Origin: Cyanophora paradoxa CCMP329
Taxonomy: Eukaryota > Plantae > Glaucophyta
Direction of reading: 5' to 3'
NCBI GenBank assembly: GCA_004431415.1
Contig: QPMI01000090.1
Coordinates: 1-64,000, forward strand
Length of the DNA: 64,000 bases
Shown: piece by piece, positions 1-10,497 of the stretch
How positions within the stretch are numbered: position 1 is the stretch's first letter
How the letters are laid out: the number at the start of each line of letters is the position of its first letter
The notes under the pieces: model-generated
Databases searched by the model: none
What the model saw: only the letters and a program-made list of their open reading frames with translations
What the model was told of the DNA's origin: nothing
Translations under genes and position numbers: made by a program

Positions 1-322
1 GCGTGCAATTCGACGGCAAGCGGGCGTCGGATTTCCTCATCGATTTCATGCGGACGGGGGGGCAGGGCGGCCTGCCGAATTTTACAAAGGACGACTGGTT
101 CGGAGAGGAGTACCAGAAGACGGCGGTGCGCCCGATACGGAGAAAGGACGCCCTCGGCATGCAGTGGACGGCAAGGAGACGGGCTACAGGAAGCGAGAAA
201 CCGCCAGGCAGATGCACGTAGACGTAAAATTGCTACCGCAGAGCAACCTTAAGGATCTGCTGCAGCTGTACATTACGAAGACGGTAGAGGCCCTCGAGAC
301 GGGTGCTGTAAAGCTCGTGTAA
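1..322 (+). CDS. Viral hypothetical protein, C-terminal part (frameshifted)
   Basis: ORF 3..221 appears to continue in another frame as ...VDVKLLPQSNLKDLLQLYITKTVEALETGAVKLV*. Its TAA at 320-322 directly precedes the next gene's upstream motif. Confidence 0.5.
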   Translation, partial: RAIRRQAGVGFPHRFHADGGAGRPAEFYKGRLVRRGVPEDGGAPDTEKGRPRHAVDGKETGYRKRETARQMHVDVKLLPQSNLKDLLQLYITKTVEALETGAVKLV

Positions 323-345
323 TTTTTTTCTTTGTAGCCATAAAT

Positions 346-1268
346 ATGCCTCCGAAGCGCCGAGGCCGTAAGAAGAAGCCGGAGAGCGAGTCCGAGGGTC
401 GGCGTACGAGGAAGAGGAGAAGCCAGAATCGGAATCAGAGGAAGAGGTAGAAGAGGAAGAGGCCGAGGATGAGCCGAAGCCAAAGGGGAAGCGGGGGAAG
501 AAGATGAAGGAAAAGAAATACAACGAGCTCGATATGCCCATAGTCGAAATTCCAAAGCGGGCCGTGCTGGTCGAGGGCGAAAACGGGCAGATCATCGAAA
601 TGCAGAAGGGCATCCCGGATGTAGTTAAAATTCTCGAGGATCCGATCACGCGCGTGCAGGTACCGGAAACCACTGCGCTCGACGCCTACTACAAGATGCC
701 ACGTTCTGGAGCATCCACAGCAAGCAGTTCTACGACGCGCTGCCCGAGGAGCGCCTGCGGGCCATCCCGCGCGCCTTCCAGAGCGCCCAAAAATCGCCGC
801 CCGTCTGCTACCGCTGCCTGCGCCTCATGTACGAAATCCCGAGCATACCCCGCAAAAAGGGCACCGCGGAGGCCGTCGCGGAGGCGACCGCGAAGAAGGA
901 GGCCGCGTACGCCGATTACGCGAAAAAAGGTCGACAAGGCAAACGAGTGGGCGAAGGCGCAAAGGCCAAAAAACAAGTACCCCCGATCAAAGACAAGAAG
1001 CCCGCGCAGCTGCCCCGGTGTACCCGAAGAACTCGTGGCTCTGCATGCAGTGCTACCGATTCCTGGACGATCGCGGCCTCCTCGCGAATTTGGGCCTGCA
1101 GCGGCGCAAGAGGGGCGACACCACGGCCGTGTCGGCGCAGGCGCAGAATCAGATGGCGCAGACGGTGCTGGGCGGCCGAAGACGAAGGCCTCGAAATCCG
1201 CCAAGGATATGGCCGCCCGCCTTCGGCCAGTCGACCATCGCGCCGGGTTCGGGCCAGGAGAAAATTAG
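346..1268 (+). CDS. Viral nuclear protein with basic/acidic N-terminus and two CxxC motifs (putative Zn-binding), multiply frameshifted
   Basis: ATG 346 follows the conserved motif. MPPKRRGRKKK (NLS-like), an acidic tract, VCYRC and LCMQC are pieced together from ORFs 504, 827 and 1018. The 3' end and possible fusion with the next gene are uncertain. Confidence 0.5.
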
Positions 1269-1293
1269 GAAGCAGGATATCGCCGCGCCCGAC

Positions 1294-2312
1294 ATGAGCA
1301 GGATCGACGAGATCCTAAGGAAATCGACGGAGGTGAGGGAGAACATAGAAAAGACGAAAACGGGGCTGCAGGCCGCGAGGGCCAACGGGCTGGAGGCGCT
1401 CGAAAAGGTCATCACCGAAATCAACGAGACGGGCCGCTCGGTTTTCATCCTCAACAAAAAGAACGCCGACGGCAGCACGCGCTACGATATTCGACAGGCG
1501 CGCCAGTCGCGGTACTGGGTGCTCTTCAACACACACAAGAGGCTGGGCGCCGCGAGAGAATTCGAGTGGAGGCCTTCCGCGGCAGCCTGGCCCAGGTGCT
1601 CTCGGACGCCGAATTCTACAAGTTCATTCGATTTAATTTAAAGAAGAGGACGGCAAGTACAAGGACGATACCTTTGCAAACCCATCATCGGAATTCGCGT
1701 GCAGGGGGGCGTGGAAGTGGGGCCGACCGACGGCTGCTTGCACGCCCACGTGCTCGTCACGATCGACCACATATCGAACCTGCAGGTGCTCTGGGCAAAG
1801 TACGATTGGGTCGTGGTACTCAAGGAAAAGGAGCCGGGTACGACAACCGTCTACGAGAGGCTGGGCGAAATTCTGGCCGGCAAATTCGCGGAGGCCGGAA
1901 GGAGGCTGGTGGAGCAGCTGCAGCAAGAGGCGGGGCAGGACGCGGAGAGAATCCTGCAGAACGCGGAGCTCATCGACGACCTGAACCGGGGGAGAATCGG
2001 CATGGGAAAAGACCGCCCACCATCCTCGCCGAGCTGATTCCGGAGGAAAATTACGGCGGGCGGCTGCAGGAGTACCTCACGAAGACGCTGCCCGAGACGC
2101 AGCGGCGCGACCTGCTGAAGCAGTGGTCGCACGCGCGCAACCAGAATAACACCGACAACAACACGGACGGCTACCTCTTCTCCATCTTCCAGACGGAGTC
2201 CGCCCCCTCGGACGATCCGCGCTTCGCGCGCAGGCCGCCGAGATCGGAGGGCTGGGCCGCGGGCGCGGAAAGGGCAAGGGGCGCGGAAGGGGCAGGGGCC
2301 GCGGTTAATTAA
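1294..2312 (+). CDS. HUH-superfamily rolling-circle replication initiation endonuclease (Rep-like, no fused helicase), frameshifted
   Basis: Motif I-like RYWVLFNTHK (~1510-1540), motif II GGVEVGPTDGCLHAHVLV (HAH 1741-1749) and motif III EYLTK (YLTK 2073-2084) in the correct order, across single-base frameshifts near 1565, 1645, 1680 and 2010. Confidence 0.75.
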
Positions 2313-2328
2313 TCTGACGCGCCCGCAG

Positions 2329-2703
2329 ATGTTCCAGGGGGAATGCACCCACTCGGACGTCATCACCGTCGTATGCGGCGCGCTCTTCCTGATTTCCGAG
2401 CTGCTGGGCGGCACGGAGCGAGTGCGCCCCAACACCGTGCTGGGCGCCCTGAAGGCGGCGGCCCTTAGGGTCGTGCGCCGCGGGCAGCCCGAGCCCGAGC
2501 CCCCGCCCGAGCAGAGGCGCGAGAGCGTCCAGAACATAGGCCCGCACCACGTGGACATTCAGATGACGCAGACCGGTACGCGTTTTTTTCTAGAGAACAT
2601 GGGAAATGGAGACTCCCGCGACACCAGCCCCCAGCGCCGAGGATCAATCGTCCACCAACACCAGCACCAGCAGCAGCACCACGGCCTACCCTTGGCTTCT
2701 TAG
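2329..2703 (+). CDS. Small viral membrane protein; true stop probably near 2565-2593
   Basis: ATG follows the motif. N-terminal hydrophobic VITVVCGALFLISELLG...PNTV. The ORF overruns the next gene's motif, which suggests a lost stop or frameshift. Confidence 0.45.
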   Translation: MFQGECTHSDVITVVCGALFLISELLGGTERVRPNTVLGALKAAALRVVRRGQPEPEPPPEQRRESVQNIGPHHVDIQMTQTGTRFFLENMGNGDSRDTSPQRRGSIVHQHQHQQQHHGLPLAS

Positions 2704-3178
2704 GACTTACGCGCGAAAGAAGCAGCAGCAGCCGAAGGCACCGGCGGAAATGGCGGCTGACCTGGATCGGTGCACCCGCCGCGCCATCGCGAGCTACGCC
2801 AAGCGGGTCGAGCAGTACCACCCCCAGATGGCAGAGGACGCCAGGGCGTACGCGAAAAACCCCGCCGCGAGCCCGCCCGTGATGGCCGCCGTCATCGACC
2901 GGCTGCAGTGGGCGCTGCACGAGGAGGGAGAGCGCGTCAGGAATTTCTTCATGCCAAGTAAATTTCTGAAAGGGGCCTTAAACCCGAGAATGATGTCCCT
3001 GCCGAGCCTCGACAACATCCTCAGCGATTCGCGCTACCTGGGCAGCCTCCTGACCCTCGGCGCCGTTGCGTACATGTCGCCCGCGCGCTACTACCTGCTG
3101 CGGATCCTCCTCGCACAATTCGCGGGCTACTACTTCGTGGGGCCCACCCTCCTGAACATGGGACCGAAGCGGGCTTAA
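2606..3178 (+). CDS. Viral hypothetical protein with C-terminal transmembrane segments
   Basis: 190-aa ORF preceded by TTTTTTTCT-N14-ATG. Hydrophobic C-terminus LGSLLTLGAVAY...LLRILLAQFAGYYFVG. Confidence 0.6.
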   Translation: METPATPAPSAEDQSSTNTSTSSSTTAYPWLLRTYARKKQQQPKAPAEMAADLDRCTRRAIASYAKRVEQYHPQMAEDARAYAKNPAASPPVMAAVIDRLQWALHEEGERVRNFFMPSKFLKGALNPRMMSLPSLDNILSDSRYLGSLLTLGAVAYMSPARYYLLRILLAQFAGYYFVGPTLLNMGPKRA

Positions 3179-3207
3179 TTTCTCAGCCCCTCCTAAGGCC
3201 CTAAATA

Positions 3208-3657
3208 ATGTCCTGCGTTAACCTCTACGTCCAGTCGAACGGAGAGACGCAGGATTCCGAGGGCTTCTGGCGCCTCAGGCTGAACCAGATCCCCTCCGAC
3301 ATCGACACGCTGCAGATCAAGGGAGTCTACCTGGAGCTGGACACGACCGCGATTCCGGACCCCACCGCCGCGAAAACCGTAAACGTGCTGCTGATGGACG
3401 TGCCCGATTTGAACGTCACGACCATCTCGAACGTGAACGCGTGCATCAACAAGGTCGTGATTCCGACGTGGGGCCACGACGGCCTGGAAAACACCATCCT
3501 TTACTGGTTCGAGGTGCCCATGGCCGTGCGCCCGAATTACGTCGCGTACGACAAATTCCAGGAGCTGCGCGTGCGCTTCACCGACATCACGGGCGCCACC
3601 AAGAAGAACAACGCCTTCATCGTCAAGAACTTCGGCCTCTGGGCCTACGCTAAGTAG
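3208..3657 (+). CDS. Putative single-jelly-roll minor capsid (penton-like) protein
   Basis: 149 aa with an all-beta pattern: N-terminal LYVQS, FWRLRL..I..IDTLQIKGVYL, LLMDVPDL and C-terminal ELRVRFTDITG. This resembles Nucleocytoviricota/PLV minor capsid domains (pattern recognition, no search run). Confidence 0.55.
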   Translation: MSCVNLYVQSNGETQDSEGFWRLRLNQIPSDIDTLQIKGVYLELDTTAIPDPTAAKTVNVLLMDVPDLNVTTISNVNACINKVVIPTWGHDGLENTILYWFEVPMAVRPNYVAYDKFQELRVRFTDITGATKKNNAFIVKNFGLWAYAK

Positions 3658-3686
3658 GCCGACTAGATTTTCGCAGGCCCCCTTAA

Positions 3687-4163
3687 ATGCGCCTGATCAT
3701 ATTCCCGCGAAAGGGCTCGGGCGTCAAGACGCGTACCTTTACGGGCGTGCCTGGCTACCCCTCGCCCCTTACTTACAGAGTCGATCTTGTAACCGCCTCT
3801 GGTCCAATTAAATACGGGCTGCTGCACAGCCTCAGTCACATCCGTCTCGGTGAGAGCGCATGGCAGGACTTGGCCTTAATCGTAGAATTCGAGTACAGGG
3901 GGGTAGACACGCTAATGGGCGATCACTTTTACAGGGTACGGGTAGCAAGGGAGGGGTACTCGCTGCCGAACGGCACGGGTGGGGAATACTGGGAGCCAAA
4001 GATTCGCGACGCCTCCGAGGCCTACCGCTGGCTGCGTGACGAGCAGATCACTATCAGGCCCGATTACCCCTACGCCGACGTTTTCTGGCAGGTGCCCGTG
4101 GGCCGCTGGACAACGGGCGAGGTGAGCGGCAAGCTGAAGTGGACGTGGGACGCGGAGCATTAG
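3687..4163 (+). CDS. Viral hypothetical beta-rich protein
   Basis: Clean 158-aa ORF with the conserved upstream motif. Confidence 0.6.
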   Translation: MRLIIFPRKGSGVKTRTFTGVPGYPSPLTYRVDLVTASGPIKYGLLHSLSHIRLGESAWQDLALIVEFEYRGVDTLMGDHFYRVRVAREGYSLPNGTGGEYWEPKIRDASEAYRWLRDEQITIRPDYPYADVFWQVPVGRWTTGEVSGKLKWTWDAEH

Positions 4164-4188
4164 TTAATTTTTCTCTCTCGCGGATAAA

Positions 4189-7100
4189 ATGTCGATGCTC
4201 GACGACCCTGGCGCATGGCCATCCCGAATCCGGACGAGGTGCTGAACGGTGCCTTCGCGATAGACGGGAGCCTGAGCGTGAGGGGAATTTACGCGGATGA
4301 GATAAGGCTGCGCAAGGGCGCGACCTACAGCGATTTCCTGACGTCCGTCGGTACCTTGGACGATTACGGTGACCTCACCGCAATTATCAAGGGGCTCTGG
4401 GGCGTGACGACCGAGACGGGCGTGGACTGGAACATTATCAAGAGGGCGGCCGACGTGAAAATCGCAAACTCGGTCACCGCAAAGGATGCCACCCTGAACC
4501 TCGTGAAACTGACTCTAAAGGGGGCAGAGGGAGACGTGAGGCCCGGGTACAACGCACTCGAGCGCATCGCGGGCCCCCTGCGCCACATCTACTGGAGCCG
4601 CCAGGCGCTGCCGAGCATGGAGCCCGAGCAGTACAGGCGCGACAGGGAGGAGTTTTTCGCGTGGTTCGACCACTTCAAGGTCAACATCCGCGCCCTGAGC
4701 GCCGACAGGACGGGCGAGACGCCGGAGACGACGGGCGGGGGCCGCATCCCAACGGCGCCCGACGTGCTCCCCGATCGCTCGGACTGGGCGAAGACGCAGA
4801 ACTGGGCGCTGAAGGACCACTTCCACGACGAGAGGTACGCCCTCGTCAAGCACCCGCACGTGAAGGCCGACATCACGGACTGGGCGCACCGCCACCTGTA
4901 CGACGACATCATCGGCGGGCCCAAGGTGCCGGGTGCGATTCCGGGTGGGGGTACGGGTGGTGGAAGCACGGGAGGTGGGGGTACAGGCACCGGGGGTGGG
5001 GGTACAGGCACCGGGGGTGGGGGTACAGGCACGGGGGGCGGAGGGGGCTCCAGCGGCACGCCAGTGGGCGGGGGCGGGGGCAGCAGCGGCTCGGGTGGCG
5101 GCGGCTCAGGCGGGGAGGGCATGGATAAGGTAGCAGGCCTCGCCACTTCAACGGCCATCTTCGGGGGCGCCCTCATCGTAGGCGGCATCAAATACTACAA
5201 GGATCGGAAGGGGTTCGTGAGGCAAATCGACGAGCTGAACGCGAGACCCCCATTAAATTCGATACCGAGGACGCGCAGCGCGAGTACTACAAACTCGAGA
5301 ACGAAAAGAAGCAATGGAGCGAGCTGAAAGACAAGGAAATGACAGAGGTCGCGGAGAAGAAGGCGGAAGCGAACAAGCTGATGACAGACGCGCAAAGGCA
5401 GGAAGAGAGCGCCCTCACCGCGCTAAGGTCGGCAGAGCGCCAGGTCGCGGAAGAGCGCACGAAAATGATACTCGACGCCGAGGAGGAGCTGAAGAGGATA
5501 AACGAGCAAAGGGAAGCCGCCAAGGCGAAAAAGCTGCAGGAAATTGAAGCGCTGACCGCAGGCACCGAGCTGCTTGAGGCGCAGAGGAAAGAGATCGAGG
5601 ATAGGAAGAAGAAATTGGAAAAGGAGGCAGAGACGAGAAGGCAGCTGCTGGAAGAGGAAGAGGAAACGAGGAGAAAGGCAGGAGAGCTGCAAACGGGGGC
5701 GGTGCAGGAGGCGAACAGGCTCCGGGAGGAAATCAAAAATTTAAAGGAGGCCGCCGAGCGCGCGGACGAGCAGTCGAAAAAATTCAAGGCCAACGCGGAC
5801 GAGCTGGCACAGAGGCTGCTCAAGTACGCGGCCACGGCAGAGGCTCGCTCGCCCATGGGGACGGCCGAGACGCAGACGACGCCGAGGCCCGATCCGAGGC
5901 CGGCCGCCGAGAGGCTGCCCTTCGCGCGGCTGGGTAGGAGCGACCAGGTGGAAGAGCTCATTGGCCTCACGCTCGAGGATCAGAGGGCCCTCTTCGACGC
6001 GTTAGAGCAGCGGCGCAGGGCGGACGAGGAGGCAGCTGCCAAGACAGAAGAGGAACGACTGAAGGCAATGCAAACTGCATCAGACGAGGAATTTGCACGG
6101 CTGGAGGAGCCGAAGGTAGCGGAGCGTAAGCGACGACTGGAGACGTTCAGGGGGGCGCAGATGGATTTTTACCGCTCGGAGCTCAAAAAACTGAAAGAAG
6201 GAAATGCATCGGGGGACAGGGTCCGCGCCATGGAAGAGAACATGCGCGACTTTAGCTACGTTATGGATCAGCTGACGGGAAGGGGTCAGAAAGACGCCGA
6301 AGAACTGAGGAGAAAGATGGCCGATGAGAAGTGGAAAAACTTTGAGCGTCAGGCTGTTCAGAGGCCCATCAGCGATGCCATCTGGATAGCATACGGCGAC
6401 GTGGAGGAGATGCACCGCGAACTGCGGACGGAAGTGAGCCTATGGCGGGGAGCCCTCGAATGGTCACTGTACCGGATGCAAAAGGGAAAGTTTGTGGCAG
6501 AGCTGCGAGCCAATCCGAAAACGGTGAGCGCGGGCGCACAGAGCGCGTACCTCTCCATGGTCGATTACGTGGGCAAGCTGAGCAAATTTTGGGAAATGCG
6601 AAGAGCCATCATTCCAGCGGAGGGGCTCGCGCAGTACGATGCCATGGTGCGCGATCTGGAGGCCTTCAAACGTGAGCACCCACCCGCCAAATACAAGATT
6701 CACATAGATACGACGGCATTCATGGGCGATCTAAGGAAGAGAGGAGACGAGGCCAAGAGTCAGATCGAGGAGCGCTACAGAAAGGCCCAAGCGGACAAGG
6801 AGTACGCAAACAGGGTGATTGAAGAGCGGAAGCAGCAGGCGAAGGAGAACGCGGCGAGACGCAACGCCGAGATAGAAGAGCAGAGGCGGAAGATCGCAGA
6901 GCGCAAGGCGGCAGAGGAAGAGGCAAGAAAGACCAAGGTAGAGACAGAGTACCAAGCATTGAAACGGGAGGCCAATCAAATATTAAAACGAAGGGGAAGG
7001 GCGTACGCCGATGAGGGCGCGGGCGTCGGCTTGGCCAGCCCAGACGACATCACACTCGCGGAGAGGGACGACGTTTCCGTGGAGGAGATGCGCCCGGGCA

Positions 7101-9392
7101 CCGCCCGCCTGCCCTCCGAGGGCGTGTTTCAGACGCTCGACAGGCGCGTGATGGGCGACTCGGACGTTATTTTGCGCAACGCCCTCATGCCCTACGGCGA
7201 CTGGAACCGCGCCACCGCCGACGCCCTCGCCGATTTCGACCTCGAGCGATTCACCACCAAAGAGCAGCGCGACGCGTACCTGGGGCGCCCGAGGGCAAGG
7301 CGGCCCGGGGTGGCCAAGGAGGCCCTCAGCGCCGAGACGCTCTTCTCGGCGGCGGGTACGGCGAACAACGACGGCATGTCTTTCGGGGCAGCCGATTTAT
7401 TTCAGGGGGCGGGCATCGACTTGGTGGGCGCCGGGCTCGGGGTACGGGCTCGCGGGCCATGCGGCGGGCGGGCGCGGCGGCGGCGGGCCTTGGGCTGGCG
7501 ACGGCCGGCGGCCTGCTCTCGGCCTACCAGGCGCTCTCGCAGGGCAAGATAGGGAGGCCGAGTTCTTCGATACGTTCCGCGATCAGATGATCATGACGGT
7601 CGGCTCTTTTGGCCTTCAGACGGGCATGTCGTCCGCCCTGAGCGCCCTCACGAAAATGAGGATCGGCACGGTGGGCGGACTTGGCCTGTCCATCCTCGCG
7701 GGCGCCATCGCGCAGGTGATCGTGGATATCATCAACGGGCGCAGCGCGGAAGAAATCGTGAAGAACTTTTTCAAGTACCCCGTCGACTGGGCGACCGACA
7801 CCATACAGTTCATCGCGGAGCTCTCGCAACAGATCTACGACTGGGGCGTCGAGACGTGGGGCGACGAGGCGAGCCAGCTGCGCAACCGAATTAATCGGCT
7901 GGAGGGCGAGCTGGGCTCCGGATTTTTGGGTGTGTACGACCCCTCGGAGGCGCGCGAAATGGCCTCGCTCTTGGCCCAGGAGCTGCGGTTAAACGAAATC
8001 AAGGAGCCGAAGGAGCTGCAGGCCTTCATTCGCGCGCTCGACAACAGCATCAACGATTACCGTACCCCCAAGGACCAGAAGACCCTGCTCGAAATCGATC
8101 GCGCGACCGTGCTCTTCCTCTCCCAGCTCACCGTTAAAATGCAGGAGGGCTTCGGGTCGACTTCGCTCGCCCTGAGTCGACTTATGCGCGACCTGAAGCA
8201 GATGATAAAGGAGGAGACCAAGGGGCGGAAGCGCGTCTTAATTGCCGTCTACCAGGAGGGCCTCAACAGGATCAATCACATCGAAGCCCTAAGGCGCGAA
8301 TTCGGCTCGGCCATCCGTCACTCGGGCGTCTCGTCGAACGGAGGGGCGCAGGTGGCCCGCCTGGCGGACGCCAACTCGCGCCTCGAGATTCCCGGGACCT
8401 TCCGCATGCAGGATTGGTGGGAGGCCGAGGCCTTCAGGAATTACGGGGCCTTCATAGACAACGGGATCAATTCGCAGAGCCCCAAGGCAAACTGGCTGGT
8501 ACCCAAGGCCTACGTCGATAAATTGGTTGACAGGCCTGCAGCACCATACACCAAGAAGATCGCCAAAGGCATCGAGTACTGGGCGCCCGAGCCAGGCCAG
8601 CCCGTGTTTGCATCGCAGAACTACGAGTGGCACATGGCGCCGGGGGCGAGCCAGGCCGTGAGCACCGTGGGCGTTGCCGTGCCGCAGCTGGCGACGGTGG
8701 CACACACGGGGGCGTATGCAGATCTCAGCGGGAGGCCGACGATACCCGTGATACCAACAACGTGGGCGTGGGATAGCATCACGGGGAAGCCGAGTACGTA
8801 TCCCCACGCAGACCACCAGCACACCATCTCTCAGATCAGCGACTGGACGGCCCCGGACTTGACGAACATCTCCGTGGATTGGGACAACGTAACGGGCAAG
8901 CCACTTACCTTCCCCCCCTCTACACACAGTCACAATGTGTACTGGGATAATGTCATCGACCGACCCACTTCCTTCCCACCCTCTACGCACAGTCACACAG
9001 AGTACTCGCTCACCAGCCACGGGCACAGAAACGTGAACATGGATGCGTACATAACGCACGGCACGTCCTTCCACTCCTACGCTGCGTACACGGAGTTTAA
9101 CATCAATTCAACATACACGGTGACGTTCAACATTACATTCGGACAGGCGTACGACACTGGAGGCGGACTGGGGACCCCAGCAAACCCAACGCCGGTTATT
9201 AACGTAACCCCCTCGTTCGACATCAATCCCGGCGGCAGCACGGATGTCGATTTCTACGGGGCCAACGTCACGGCGGTGAGTCACACTGGCTTTACAGTTA
9301 AAGTGAGATTCCAACCCAGAATGACGGTCACGCCCACCCAAATTGTCCAGCTTTTTATTCATTGGACCGCGATCGGCAAGCTGCTTATGTAA
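4189..9392 (+). CDS. Large virion fibre/tape-measure-like protein (~1700 aa): HxH repeats, Gly linker, TM segment, long coiled coil, C-terminal phage tail-fibre repeats and H-lectin/gp53-like domain; frameshifted
   Basis: One upstream motif with ATG at 4189 and none seen between ORFs 4215, 5339 and 7587. Motifs LATVAHTGAYADLSGRP, WDSITGKP..HQH, WDNVTGKP.TFPPSTHSH and terminal ITFGQAY..P..VTAVSHTGFTVK..IHWTAIG. Confidence 0.65.
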
Positions 9393-9416
9393 TCGATTTT
9401 CTGATGCAATCCAAAA

Positions 9417-10477
9417 ATGTCGGTCGCTGTCCCTCTATTTACCTATGCTGCCAGCGTGAATCACAAGGGCGATCACACGATTAAGGAGACCACCCTCGGA
9501 AACCAGGCCACCGAGGCCCCCTACAACGCCACGGCCGTCCCCTTTTCCGAGGCCGACCTCGTCCGCGTCGGCGAGCTGCGCTGCGACAAGATGCGCACGC
9601 GGGAGGGCGGGTCGGCCGTGCCGGGGCGCGTGAGGACGCAGAGGCTCACCGTCACGAACGGGGCCTGGGACGGGAGCGGGTACACCACGAATCAGGTGAC
9701 CTTTAATGGGACTGTGAACGGGGAGGGGAATGCGGCTCTGTATGTGCAAGGAGGCGGAGCAAACGTGGTGGGGGGGCTTAGGGTGAGCGGGGCTTCAAAC
9801 TTGGCGGGCATCGTTACATTGGACGATAAGCTGCAAATTACCGGAACGTCACCGTACATAAATGGCGGTGGTTCAGGCGTAGCTATAAAGTACAACGAAA
9901 ACGATAGACTCCTCTGTGGGACTCTTGGCGTTGGTGTTACAGGTACTCTATTTACCTCGGCAATCGAAGGCCCTACTAATGGCCTAAGCATAGCAAACAC
10001 TTCAATCGTTGATAGCGGAAGCGTCAGCTCTGGTCTATCCTTGAGAAACAACGGCACCGAACGACTGCTGTGCGGAACCGTCGGCGTTGGCATCACGGGT
10101 CGGCTCATCGTCTCGACGCTCACGGGCGATGGAAACCGAGCCGTTTATTCGGATGCTCAAGGATACCTGACAAACTCGTCGAGCGATAGCCGCCTGAAAG
10201 AAAATGTCGCGAGCATGTCGGGCATTCTCCCTCTTCTGCTGCAGCTGAATCCCGTGTCGTTCACCTGGAAGAACACATCCTCGGGGGTTCGAAAACGGAT
10301 TACGGTCTCATCGCACAGGAAGTCCAAGGCGTCTTCCCGAGTCTCGTTTTCGAGAACGCGGATGGATTTCTCGGGGTAAACTACGACAGGCTCATTTCCC
10401 TGTCGTTGAAGGCAATTCAGGAACTTTCACAAGAAGTTCAAACTCTCAAAGACCAGGTAGCGGCACTGGCGAGCTGA
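9417..10477 (+). CDS. Fibre/spike protein with C-terminal peptidase S74 intramolecular chaperone domain (one frameshift near 10285)
   Basis: SSDSRLKENV...LLQLNPVSFTWK, then in the shifted frame DYGLIAQEVQGVFPSLV...GVNYDRLISLSLKAIQEL...* (TGA 10475-10477). Internal repeat NxxxRLLCGTxGVGxTG occurs twice. Confidence 0.85.
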
Positions 10478-10497
10478 TCTGGAACAACTAGGAATAA

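Noticed and set aside
4945-5035. 21-bp tandem repeat
   Set aside because: It encodes the GGGGTGT linker of the large fibre protein.
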